Positions 54,614-63,767 of a stretch of 64,000 nucleotides of DNA are shown here, piece by piece. The DNA is from Minisyncoccota bacterium (lineage in GTDB: Bacteria > Patescibacteriota > Minisyncoccia > UBA6257 > GWB1-50-10): positions 306,582-370,581 of the forward strand of contig JAYRXE010000037.1 of the NCBI GenBank assembly GCA_041917695.1, given 5' to 3'. Position 1 is the first letter of the stretch. Each line of letters starts with the position of its first letter. Under the pieces are notes generated by a model. That model was not told the origin of the DNA, searched no databases, and saw only the letters and a program-made list of their open reading frames with translations. The translations under genes and the position numbers were made by a program.

Positions 54614-55105
54614 ATGAACATGGAATCACCGGATCTGAACCAGATCCACCAAGACCCCGTCGAAGAAGTCCAGCCTGCGGTTCCTGGCGCGCCGAAAGTG
54701 ACGCCGGAACTCGACTCCACGGCGGCAAATACGAAGCAGACGCAGGAAGCGGCCGGCGAGATGGTAAAGTTCTCCCCCGCCAAGTTCGACAAGACCCATA
54801 ATGTCGTTGACGTTGTAAGCGGTAATTGCACCGTGAAAACGATGCGCCTCGATGAGAATGATATTCCGCGCATGATCGGCTCCCCGCAGGAGTTCAAGGA
54901 GGGAGAAAAAAACCAGGTGTTTTACGAAAAGGGTTTCTATTACCGTATTGAGGCGCCGGGCATGAATCCCGTCAACGTTTCTTTCACCGAGGACGAACTC
55001 AAAGCGCTTCAGGAACGCCCTCAGGACCCGCAGACCCAAAAGATGGTCCTCGGGAAGGCGCTCGCGGCCCAGGTGAAAGCGATAGACGACCAGGCGAGTA
55101 AGTAA
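54614..55105 (+). CDS. hypothetical protein, 163 aa, leaderless
   Basis: Start MNMESPDL immediately after consensus promoter; terminator 55118-55146. Confidence 0.5.
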   Translation: MNMESPDLNQIHQDPVEEVQPAVPGAPKVTPELDSTAANTKQTQEAAGEMVKFSPAKFDKTHNVVDVVSGNCTVKTMRLDENDIPRMIGSPQEFKEGEKNQVFYEKGFYYRIEAPGMNPVNVSFTEDELKALQERPQDPQTQKMVLGKALAAQVKAIDDQASK

Positions 55106-55117
55106 CGCGACCGACAA

Positions 55118-55146
55118 AAAATCCCGGAAGTTCCGGGATTTTTTGT
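55118..55146. terminator. bidirectional terminator
   Basis: aatcccggaa-g-ttccgggatttttt. Confidence 0.65.
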
Positions 55147-55156
55147 TTCAGCTTCG

Positions 55157-55534
55157 TTAGAGCGGGAGAATATTTATAACCGCCTGGAGAATTTTCACGA
55201 TGAGCTCGAACACCCAGATGATGAAATTCAGAAGCGTACGGATGATTTCGCTCAAGGAAATGCCGATATTGCTTTCTAACCAGCCGTTCAAGGAATCCCA
55301 CACGCTCGACAATGATGTGTCGAGGCTCGTCGTAAGGCTCTCGACTTTTGACGGGTCGACGAACGATTGCTCTTCCACCGACGGGGTCGGAATCGCCGTA
55401 TCGACATTCGATAAGGAGTCGCGGAAATCCTCAAACGTTTCCGTAAGGTCGTAGGCCGCCGAAACAGGGGGAACAGGCCCGGCAAAACCGGCTACAACCC
55501 CCATGAGGACAAACGTCTGAAGAAGACGCTTCAT
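55157..55534 (-). CDS. hypothetical secreted protein (signal peptide)
   Basis: Start MKRLLQTFVLMGVVAGFAGPVPPVSAA; Ser/Asp-rich middle; hydrophobic C-terminus. Confidence 0.45.
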   Translation of the reverse strand: MKRLLQTFVLMGVVAGFAGPVPPVSAAYDLTETFEDFRDSLSNVDTAIPTPSVEEQSFVDPSKVESLTTSLDTSLSSVWDSLNGWLESNIGISLSEIIRTLLNFIIWVFELIVKILQAVINILPL

Positions 55535-55539
55535 TGGTT

Positions 55540-56877
55540 TTATGCTACTCCAAATCCGCGGTTTTTCAATTCCTCGCGGGCGACGGCGCGGTCGTCCCAC
55601 GGAATATTCCCGGCCTTCGTTACCATCGATTGCTCGGCGCCTTTGCCGGCGATGAGAACGACGTCGCCCTCCCCCGCCAACGAGAATGCCTTCCGGACGG
55701 CCTCTCGGCGGTCGACGATCATCAAGAGGTCCTCCCCTCTTTTTTTGCCGTATTTTTCGGCCCCCGGCGCAATCACTTCCATGATGCGCAGAGGGTCTTC
55801 ATCAAAGGGGTCGTCCGTGGTGAGAATGACGGTGTCGGCGAGCTTTGCCGAAACTTCGCCCATCACGGGAAGCTTTTTTACGTCCCGCCCTCCGCCCTGT
55901 CCGCCGAAAAGGACGATGAGCTTGTGTGCGGAGCCCTTCAGCTTCGCGGCGGCCTCCAAAACGCTTTCGAGACTTACGGCGTCGTGCGCATAGTCAACGT
56001 ATACCTGGAACGGCTGACCCAGCTCAATCCGTTCCATGCGTCCGGGAATCCCGTCCAAAAGAAGTCCTTTCCGGATATATTCGGGTTTTACCCCGAATGC
56101 GAGGGATACCGCAACCGCCGCCAGTGCGTTTTGGACGTTATACGCGCCGGGAAGGCGCACTTCATAGCGTTCGCGGGCGGCCGTGAACGCGCTTCCAAAC
56201 TCTTTTTCCTCGATTGCTTCCGCCGCGATATCGGCTTTCGCATTACAGCCGTAGGTGAGCTTCACGTCCGCCGGGTATTTCAAAAACCGTTCTTTTTCCT
56301 CCGCTTCGGCGTCGACGACGATGACCTTCGGAACGGAACCGCTGTTCAGTTTTTTCCGCGGCTGGCGCATAAGTTCGGCAAACGGCACCTCGTCCATTTC
56401 CTTCGCGCGGTCGAAGCTCCATCCGTGAATCTCGAGATATTCCGGATACAGCTTGGTGAGTACTACGCAATCATAAAAAACCCCCTTGTGGCGGGACTGC
56501 TCGACGCCTTCGGAAGGCGTTTCGACGACGGCGAACTGGCATCCCGCATCCGCCATTTCCCGCAATATCTTTTGGAGGCGAAACCGTCCGGGCATCGTCA
56601 TGTGGTACGGATTCATACGCTCCGTATTTCCCACGCGGATATTCGCCGTACCGGTAAGCCCCACCTTATACCCGGCGGACGTGAGACACGACCAAATGAA
56701 ATTTCCCACCGTCGTTTTCCCGCGGGTGCCGACGACGCCGATAACGACCATGCGCCGAGCCGGGTATCCGTACCGGAGCGCTCCCGCATGTGCGAGAAAA
56801 AGATGGTACAGGCGGATTGCGAACGAAGGCGCGAGCGACCGGACGAGCTTCTTTATTTTTTTGAGCGCGGCCTTCAT
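55540..56877 (-). CDS. Mur ligase family protein (MurE/MurF-like)
   Basis: VVGTRGKTTV P-loop, DYAHDAVSLESVL, GGQGGGRDVKK Mur-ligase C-terminal motif. Confidence 0.7.
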   Translation of the reverse strand: MKAALKKIKKLVRSLAPSFAIRLYHLFLAHAGALRYGYPARRMVVIGVVGTRGKTTVGNFIWSCLTSAGYKVGLTGTANIRVGNTERMNPYHMTMPGRFRLQKILREMADAGCQFAVVETPSEGVEQSRHKGVFYDCVVLTKLYPEYLEIHGWSFDRAKEMDEVPFAELMRQPRKKLNSGSVPKVIVVDAEAEEKERFLKYPADVKLTYGCNAKADIAAEAIEEKEFGSAFTAARERYEVRLPGAYNVQNALAAVAVSLAFGVKPEYIRKGLLLDGIPGRMERIELGQPFQVYVDYAHDAVSLESVLEAAAKLKGSAHKLIVLFGGQGGGRDVKKLPVMGEVSAKLADTVILTTDDPFDEDPLRIMEVIAPGAEKYGKKRGEDLLMIVDRREAVRKAFSLAGEGDVVLIAGKGAEQSMVTKAGNIPWDDRAVAREELKNRGFGVA

Positions 56878-56886
56878 GCGAAAGAA

Positions 56887-58164
56887 TTAGAGCGAGAGAT
56901 ACTGGAGCGGATTCACGTCGCCGCCGACCGGCATCGGCCCGCATACGCGCGATGCCTGCGTGCCTTCGGGGAAGCCTCCCCCGCCGGGCGGAATCGTGTT
57001 TGTCGCGAATACCGTGAAGTGCAAGTGCGGACCGGTCGCATATCCCGTTTTTCCGACGTAACCGATGGTTTGACCCCGGGAAATCGTCTGGCCCGTGCTT
57101 ACCGCTATGCGGGACATATGCCCGTAGAGCGTGGTAAGGCCGTTTTCGTGCTTGATCAGGACGTATTTGCCGTATGCGCCTCCGCGGCAGTAGGTATCCT
57201 GGTCGCCGGATGCGATGACGCGCCCGCCTTCGGCAGCGAGGATGGGAGTGCCGACCGGCGCACCCAAATCGATGCCGTTATGGTACTGGCCCTTGTACGC
57301 GCTTTTCGCGAATGCCGTCGCGCCGTATCCTTGGGTCAATTTCGCTCCCGGCACCGGATTTTCCAACACGCCTTTCCCGGGAAGCGTCTTCGAATCGATG
57401 CGCTTGCGGAGAGACGCTTCCATCCGTTCGATTTCAGAAGCAACATCCTGCTGGAGTTTTTCAAGTTCCGTCAGTTTTTGCTGGTAAATCTTTTCCTGGT
57501 TCTTCGTAACCTTCAGAAGATCCTGCCTGCCGGCTTTTTCGTCGGCGACGATGACCTGGCGGTTCTTCAAATCGCTTTCCTGCTCCTCGTGCGTTTCCTT
57601 TTTGTCTTTCTGTACGGCAAGCTGGGAACTCAACGTGCCTTTCAACGCGTTCAATTCCTGCAGATTGTTTCGCAGGGACTCGCTCAAGGATTCGATGGAT
57701 TGCGCTTCGGCGACGCTCTCTGAAAGGTTCTTGCCGTTGAAGAAGATCGAAAAGAGGTCGTGGTCGTCCTTCTGCTGGAGCTCGGAAACGAGCTTCGCAA
57801 TCGTTGCTTTCTTCAGTTGGATACTGCCTTCAGTCGAGGAAATATCGGCGCCGAGCGACGTTATCTCAAGATTCAATTTTTCTATCGTTACCTGGTTCTC
57901 GCGGATGGAGGCGTTCAGCTGGCGAATCGTCGTATCCATGCGCTTGATCTCATCCGAAAGCTTTTTGTTCGACTGGCTCGTTTCATCAAGCTGACGCTCC
58001 AGCTCGCGTTTCTGCGCCTGGATGGTCTCAAGCATTTTGTTCTTCTCGGCAATCTGCGCCTCGATGGCCGCCTGATCGTCATCGGCGAAGGCCGGAACCG
58101 CCGATGCCGGTCCCATAACGAGCGCTGACGCAACAAGCGCGAGGATTATTTTTTTTGATGTCAT
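56887..58164 (-). CDS. M23 family peptidase with N-terminal coiled-coil (EnvC-like)
   Basis: signal peptide; about 250-aa coiled coil; C-terminal HxxxD..HLHF M23 motifs (GIDLGAPVGTPI..GPHLHFTV). Confidence 0.8.
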   Translation of the reverse strand: MTSKKIILALVASALVMGPASAVPAFADDDQAAIEAQIAEKNKMLETIQAQKRELERQLDETSQSNKKLSDEIKRMDTTIRQLNASIRENQVTIEKLNLEITSLGADISSTEGSIQLKKATIAKLVSELQQKDDHDLFSIFFNGKNLSESVAEAQSIESLSESLRNNLQELNALKGTLSSQLAVQKDKKETHEEQESDLKNRQVIVADEKAGRQDLLKVTKNQEKIYQQKLTELEKLQQDVASEIERMEASLRKRIDSKTLPGKGVLENPVPGAKLTQGYGATAFAKSAYKGQYHNGIDLGAPVGTPILAAEGGRVIASGDQDTYCRGGAYGKYVLIKHENGLTTLYGHMSRIAVSTGQTISRGQTIGYVGKTGYATGPHLHFTVFATNTIPPGGGGFPEGTQASRVCGPMPVGGDVNPLQYLSL

Positions 58165-59579
58165 GACAATTTTTCTATGGCTGTTTGGAGGCGGTTAAGC
58201 GTTTCCCGCTTGCCGAGCGTCGCGGCGCATTCAAACGGCCCCGGACTCGTCGGCAGCCCCGTGAGGGCGACCCGCATGGGCCAGAGCACCTCTCCCCTGC
58301 CGGCTTCGTTCGCATAGGGAAGGATTTTTCCCGACACCGCATCGAGCGTGAATTCCCCTTCGGGAATCTCGTCGATTAATGCCGATACCGCTTTCAAAAA
58401 AGTTTTCGCCGATTGCGGCGAAGTGCCCTTCCACGGAAGGATATCACCAGTATACCGCGGTTCGGTGAAAAAGAAATCAACACCCCCTGACGCTTCGTCA
58501 AGCTTTTTTATGCGCTCCTTTTGAAGCTGCATGACTCGCGCAAATTTTTCCGCGTCCTCTTTCCATGTGGAAGAAACAAACGGCGAAACCGCCTCTAAAA
58601 ACGCCTCATCGGAGAGCGCGCGGATGTAATGCGCATTCAGCCAATCGAGTTTTTCGGCGTTCATGACCGCTCCCGCCTTTTGGACGCGTTCGAGCGTGAA
58701 CTCGGCGACGGCTTCCGCGCGGCTTATGATTTCCCGGTCTTTTTCCGGATGCCAGCCGAGCAGGACGAGAAAATTGAACACGGCGGAGGGAAGATACCCT
58801 TCGCGAGCGTAGTCCTCGACCGACTTCGCCATGTCGCGCTTCGAAAGTTTTTTCTTATCCGGACCGAGAATGAGGGGCAAGTGGGCGAAATGAATCTTTT
58901 CCTCGAAACCGAGCGCCTCGGCGATGGCTATCTGCTTCGGCGTGTTGGAAATGTGGTCTTCCCCGCGAATCACGTGGGAAATTTCCATGTCGTGGTCGTC
59001 AACGACGACGGCAAAGTTGTAGAGCGGTTCGGTAACGGATTTCGCGATGACGATGTCGCCGATAAGCGCCGTATCGAAGGCCACCGAACCGCGAACGAGA
59101 TCCGAAAAACTGATTTTCTTTTCGGGCATTTTGAAGCGAATGACCGACCGGTGGCTCTTCCGGCGCTCCTCCGCCTCTTCGCGCGGAATCGTGCGGCACT
59201 TTCCCCCGTAGCGGGGCGGCAAACCGCCCGCAAGCTGTGATTCCCGCTCGGCTTCAAGCTCTTCTTCCGAGCAAAAGCAATAATACGCATTCCCCTGGTC
59301 TATGAGCCTTCGGAGATGGTCCGCATACACGTCCGTGCGGTCGCTTTGCCGGTGCATTTCGGAAAAATCGAAACCCAGCCAAGCGAGGGTGCGCAAGATG
59401 TTCTCTTCGTATTCCTTTTTCGAGCGCTCTTTGTCCGTGTCTTCGATGCGGAGGATGAATTCCCCGCCGACGGATTTTGCATAGAGCCAGTTGAAAAGCG
59501 CGGTGCGCGACGTGCCGAAATTCACCGGTCCGGTGGGAGACGGCGCGAAACGGACGCGAATTTTACGCGAGGGGGTCAT
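58161..59579 (-). CDS. gltX: glutamate--tRNA ligase (HIGH motif reads NFGT)
   Basis: Start MTPSRKIRVRFAPSPTG; KLSKR (KMSKS) present; ORF-track N-terminal extension is Arg-rich junk. Confidence 0.85.
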   Translation of the reverse strand: MTPSRKIRVRFAPSPTGPVNFGTSRTALFNWLYAKSVGGEFILRIEDTDKERSKKEYEENILRTLAWLGFDFSEMHRQSDRTDVYADHLRRLIDQGNAYYCFCSEEELEAERESQLAGGLPPRYGGKCRTIPREEAEERRKSHRSVIRFKMPEKKISFSDLVRGSVAFDTALIGDIVIAKSVTEPLYNFAVVVDDHDMEISHVIRGEDHISNTPKQIAIAEALGFEEKIHFAHLPLILGPDKKKLSKRDMAKSVEDYAREGYLPSAVFNFLVLLGWHPEKDREIISRAEAVAEFTLERVQKAGAVMNAEKLDWLNAHYIRALSDEAFLEAVSPFVSSTWKEDAEKFARVMQLQKERIKKLDEASGGVDFFFTEPRYTGDILPWKGTSPQSAKTFLKAVSALIDEIPEGEFTLDAVSGKILPYANEAGRGEVLWPMRVALTGLPTSPGPFECAATLGKRETLNRLQTAIEKLS

Positions 59580-59583
59580 AGGA

Positions 59584-60711
59584 CTACGCTCCCCCGCCGA
59601 TGCGGGCGATTTCTTCGGCAAGCACCTTTGCGGCGCCCGGGCGCGCGAACGCGCGGGCCGCTTCCTCCATTTTCTTCCGTACCGCTTCATTTCCCGCAAT
59701 TTCCCGCGCTTTCATGAGCACGATGTGCGGTTTGAAGTTTTCCGACTCAATCACGATTCCCGCCCCGCCTTTCGCATATTCCCACGCGTTTCGCTCCTGG
59801 TGCCCGTTTGCCGAGTTCGAAAGCGGAATAAGGAGCGACGCGCGGCCAAATGCGGCGAGCTCGAATATGCTCCCCGAGCCGGCGCGTGCGACGACGAGGT
59901 CGGCAGAGGCATACGCAAAGCGCAAATCCGCAATATCCAAATAGGGATAGACGCGGTACCGGCGCCGGCGGTCTTCGGGAAGCTCTTCAAGCGCCACTTT
60001 CGATACGGCTTCGGTTTCGGGAAAATTCCGCTCGCCCGCAATATGCAGAATCTGAAATTCCCCGAGGAACTCGGCGAGGTTATTGAGAACGAAATTATTT
60101 ATTTCCTGCGCCCCCTGCGAACCGCCGAAAAAGAACAGCGCGGGAAGAGCCGTATCAAAGCCGAAATGCTGTTTCGAGTGCTCGCGCGTGAATCCTCCTT
60201 CAAAAAGGGATTTCCGCACGGGATTCCCGACCACGGCAGTCTTCTTCTTCGGGAAAAAGCTTTCCGCGGCGGAAAACGAAACCGCCACGCGGTCGGCGAG
60301 TTTTCCCGACAACTTGTTCGTAAGTCCCGGAACCGCGTCGGACTCGTGGACGATAACCGGAATGAAATAGAATTTCGCGGCAATGACGACCGGGAGCGCG
60401 CCGGGGCCGCCTTTTGAAAAAACGACATCAGGCATAATCTGGAACATTTTCGCGAGCGCCTGGATGATGCTGATGAAAAACTTGGGTATGTCGAGGAGGT
60501 TCAAGGGAGAAAAATATCGCCTCATCTTGCTCGAAAGGACGGGAAGAAGCGTCACGTCCCGCTCGAGGAATTCGCGATCATAGGGGCTTTTGGGGCCCAT
60601 GTAAAAAACGCGGAATTCCTGATCCCGCATTGAACTAAGTTCCTCGAGCACCGAAAGGAGCGGATAGACGTGGCCGCCGCTTCCGCCGCCCGTTAAAAGC
60701 ACTTTTATCAT
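59584..60711 (-). CDS. murG: undecaprenyldiphospho-muramoylpentapeptide beta-N-acetylglucosaminyltransferase
   Basis: MIKVLLTGGGSGGHVYP N-terminal G-loop; GT28 C-terminal domain. Confidence 0.9.
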   Translation of the reverse strand: MIKVLLTGGGSGGHVYPLLSVLEELSSMRDQEFRVFYMGPKSPYDREFLERDVTLLPVLSSKMRRYFSPLNLLDIPKFFISIIQALAKMFQIMPDVVFSKGGPGALPVVIAAKFYFIPVIVHESDAVPGLTNKLSGKLADRVAVSFSAAESFFPKKKTAVVGNPVRKSLFEGGFTREHSKQHFGFDTALPALFFFGGSQGAQEINNFVLNNLAEFLGEFQILHIAGERNFPETEAVSKVALEELPEDRRRRYRVYPYLDIADLRFAYASADLVVARAGSGSIFELAAFGRASLLIPLSNSANGHQERNAWEYAKGGAGIVIESENFKPHIVLMKAREIAGNEAVRKKMEEAARAFARPGAAKVLAEEIARIGGGA

Positions 60712-60717
60712 CGAAAA

Positions 60718-61854
60718 CTAACGCCGGTACCTCGATATATTAGCAATTATGCCCCCCATGGTCAAAAAGACGGCGAGTGCGGTTCCGCCATAGCTGATGA
60801 AGGGAAGCGGGACGCCGGTAAGCGGAAAAAGCCCCGAAATGGCCCCGATATTCACCGCCGACTGGAGTGCAATGATGGAGGTAAAACCGATGACAAGCGA
60901 TTTCCCGAAATCGTCCGACACGCGCTTCGCAATCCAAAAACCCCTCCAAATGAGGATGCTGAATGCCGCAAGGAGCGCCGTCGCCCCCAGAAAGCCGAAT
61001 TCTTCGCCGACCACGGCAAAGATCGCGTCGCCGGCAACCTCGGGAATCGAGGTTTTAGTCGCGGAATTTCCGAATCCCACGCCGTAGAGGCCTCCTGAAC
61101 GCATGGCAAACAAGGTCTTTTTAAGCTGGAATCCCGCGCCGCGCTCGAAATCCTTATCCCCTCCTTCGACCGTGTGGGTGAGATACGCGCTCACGCGGGA
61201 AAAGCGATAGGGGGAGACGGCAACCAGCACGGATACGGCAAGAACCGCCGCGGCGACCATGATGAAGAAATATTTCCACGGCAAACCGTTCACGAAATAG
61301 ATGATGAAACATGCCGCGGCGATGATGACGGCAAGGGTCGTCGACGGCTGAAGGAAGAAAAGGATTGCCACGACTCCCAGGATGAACATGAAGGGCATGA
61401 AGCCCTTAGTGAAACTTTTCACGCGCTCCTTATTGCCGGCAAGCCACGCCGAAAAAAAGATAATGATGGAGAGCTTCATGATTTCACCGGGCTGGAAGGT
61501 GAAGCCTCCTACATCAATCCATCGCGCGGCGCCCTTGGCGCTCACTCCCACGGAGGGAATGAAGACAAGCATGAGAAGCAGGAGCGAAAAAGCGAATACG
61601 GGCACGGCGGCGCGTTTCAGCCATTGGTAGGGCATGAAAAGCCCCGCGAAAAATCCCGGGATGCCGAAGAGCGCGAGGTGCATAAACTGGCGTTTCAAAA
61701 AATATGCGCTGTCGCCAAATTGGCGCGCGCCGACATCCGAAGATGCGGATGAAAGCATGAGAAAACCGAAGACGGTAAGCAGCACGACGAACGCGATGAA
61801 CGGATAATCCACCTGCGCCGTACGATGCGCTTTCCTCATTGCTTTTGCCGTCAT
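60718..61854 (-). CDS. ftsW: SEDS-family peptidoglycan glycosyltransferase FtsW/RodA
   Basis: 10 TM helices; conserved SEDS motifs. Confidence 0.9.
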   Translation of the reverse strand: MTAKAMRKAHRTAQVDYPFIAFVVLLTVFGFLMLSSASSDVGARQFGDSAYFLKRQFMHLALFGIPGFFAGLFMPYQWLKRAAVPVFAFSLLLLMLVFIPSVGVSAKGAARWIDVGGFTFQPGEIMKLSIIIFFSAWLAGNKERVKSFTKGFMPFMFILGVVAILFFLQPSTTLAVIIAAACFIIYFVNGLPWKYFFIMVAAAVLAVSVLVAVSPYRFSRVSAYLTHTVEGGDKDFERGAGFQLKKTLFAMRSGGLYGVGFGNSATKTSIPEVAGDAIFAVVGEEFGFLGATALLAAFSILIWRGFWIAKRVSDDFGKSLVIGFTSIIALQSAVNIGAISGLFPLTGVPLPFISYGGTALAVFLTMGGIIANISRYRR

Positions 61855-63332
61855 ACGGAATTAAGCATTCCCCTTCCCCCGCCCGCCCCCGTTTCAATGC
61901 CGTCCGCAACCGCCCGCACGCCGTTTACGAAAAGTTCGCGTACCTCCCCCCGTTCGCCGAAGACGGCCAAATCCGCCGCATATCCGGGCTTCACCACGCC
62001 GCGGCGCAGAAGCCCGTATTTTTTGGCCGGTGCGAGGCTATATTTCTCGACGAGGCGTTCAAGAGGCATCTCCGCTTTTTCGGCGAGCGAAAAGACGGGG
62101 CTTTCCTTCACTGTCTCAGAAAAAAGAATGCTCCCCGATGCGAGAATGGAGAGGGGCGACGACAGCAGACTCCGGGATTCGCGGGGTTCATAGGCCCCCG
62201 AGAGCCTGAATTCGCCTTCACCCCGGGAAGTCATGAGAATGCGCAGATAGGTTTCCGCGACGCGCTTCCCCTGGTTTTTTGCGGTTTCCTTCAGCGTTTT
62301 TCCGTTCAGGAAGGAAAGCGGCTGGGGCATATTCATAAACATCAAATCTTTCGGCAGGATGCCGCGGAGATATTCCAAAACGCGCTTCTTATGGAGCGGG
62401 AGGGCGAGGTCGTTCATCATTTCCGTGCGATTTTTCCGTATCGCCCAGCGCGGGAGGAATTCCCGCAAGAGTCCTTCGCGGTCTTCCCACGGCGACACGT
62501 CGAAATGGACGTTCATTTCCGACGATTTTTTCTCCAGAGAAGCGATAGACGCTTCAAGCTCCTCGTCGCCCGGCTGATATGGTTCGGGGAAGTTCGAGAT
62601 GGTGAGCGCCACACCGGTCTTCTTTGCGAGCGTTGTCAATTCGCGGAATGACGTTTCAAAGTCCGCTTCCGCCCGCAACGTGATCGAAAGCGACCCTCCG
62701 GCATCTTTCAGCGCGGAGGCGACGGCGAGAAGCGCGCGTTTCGAAATAAGCGCGCCCCGCGGAGTTCCGAGATCTACGGAAAGGCCCAGCATCCCCTCCT
62801 GAAGATTCCGGCGCAATAGTTTTATGAGTACCGCAAGCTCGCCGTCCGTGAGGTCTGAAGCGTCGCGGGAAACTACGGCGTGGCGAAGCGTCTCAAAACC
62901 CGTAAAACTCCCGAAATTTATTCCCGACCTGCCCGGAACCGATATGTATTTAAAAAGTTCGGCGGGGGTTTCCCAATCGCGGTTTGCGTGCACATCGCAC
63001 CGGTCATGGAGGCCCCGGTTCACGAGACTCGAAGAAAACGGCACCAATGATTCGCCGAAACCGCCGGCAATGACGGTGGTTATCCCCCGTTTCTGGAGCG
63101 CCGATGTGTGCGACGCTGAAAAAATGGCGCAATAATCGTCCGGGCGGAGCGCGGTCTCGATGAACCCGGGCGTAATGACGAGTCCGGAAGCGTCTATCGA
63201 GCGGACGGCCGAGGAAAGCGGATAGGCCCCCACTCCTTCGATAACGCCTCGCGATATCAAAACGTCCGCTTTGTGCGGGGAATTGCCGGTGCCGTCATAA
63301 AGAAGGCCGTTTTTGATGAGCGTCGTCGGCAT
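61851..63332 (-). CDS. amidohydrolase-family (D-aminoacylase-like) homolog lacking the N-terminal HxH metal-binding motif
   Basis: N-terminal IKNGLLYDG..ADVLI..G.I..VG and PGFIETALRPDD in place of PGFID(S/T)H(T/S)HDD; overlaps ftsW start by 4 nt. Confidence 0.65.
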   Translation of the reverse strand: MPTTLIKNGLLYDGTGNSPHKADVLISRGVIEGVGAYPLSSAVRSIDASGLVITPGFIETALRPDDYCAIFSASHTSALQKRGITTVIAGGFGESLVPFSSSLVNRGLHDRCDVHANRDWETPAELFKYISVPGRSGINFGSFTGFETLRHAVVSRDASDLTDGELAVLIKLLRRNLQEGMLGLSVDLGTPRGALISKRALLAVASALKDAGGSLSITLRAEADFETSFRELTTLAKKTGVALTISNFPEPYQPGDEELEASIASLEKKSSEMNVHFDVSPWEDREGLLREFLPRWAIRKNRTEMMNDLALPLHKKRVLEYLRGILPKDLMFMNMPQPLSFLNGKTLKETAKNQGKRVAETYLRILMTSRGEGEFRLSGAYEPRESRSLLSSPLSILASGSILFSETVKESPVFSLAEKAEMPLERLVEKYSLAPAKKYGLLRRGVVKPGYAADLAVFGERGEVRELFVNGVRAVADGIETGAGGGRGMLNSV

Positions 63333-63392
63333 ATCTATTGATTATACCAACTATTTCAAAAAAATTGATGCGCTGATACCATAGGGGCATCG

Positions 63393-63404
63393 TTAATAAC
63401 TTAA
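63393..63404 (+). promoter_or_regulatory. recurrent leader motif TTAATAACTTAA
   Basis: 13 nt upstream of GTG 63418, followed by SD aaagggagg. Confidence 0.35.
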
Positions 63405-63417
63405 AAAGGGAGGATTC

Positions 63418-63735
63418 GTGCCTGAAAAGAGAAAATTCATATGCATCAAGGAAGTACCGGATATGTTTGCCGATGCGGGCTACATTCCTTATCGCGAACG
63501 CAAAGCGTGGGTTGGCCTTCTCCTTCCCGTCATGACCGCGAAAGAAATGGAAAAGCTCAATTCATTTTTCCTTCATACCGTTTCGAAAGATTCGTATGTG
63601 GTAAACATAGAAAAAGGAATTGCGGCGCTCAGGAAAACAAGGGGTAAAAAGAAATCCGCGCGCTTCTGGAATGGATTACGCGCTTTCATACCCGCACTTA
63701 CCTTCGATAAGGCGCACGTTGAACCTATCGGATAA
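63418..63735 (+). CDS. hypothetical protein, 105 aa, GTG start
   Basis: SD aaagggagg; terminator aaaagccgctcatcaagcggctttgtttt follows. Confidence 0.45.
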   Translation: MPEKRKFICIKEVPDMFADAGYIPYRERKAWVGLLLPVMTAKEMEKLNSFFLHTVSKDSYVVNIEKGIAALRKTRGKKKSARFWNGLRAFIPALTFDKAHVEPIG

Positions 63736-63767
63736 AAATAAAAAGCCGCTCATCAAGCGGCTTTGTT

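Noticed and set aside
55534-57723. 729-aa plus-strand ORF
   Set aside because: Antisense to the Mur ligase and M23 peptidase genes. Arg/Gly/Ala-rich junk translation.
61839-62651. 270-aa plus-strand ORF
   Set aside because: Antisense to the amidohydrolase-like gene. The minus frame has a clear amidohydrolase N-terminus.
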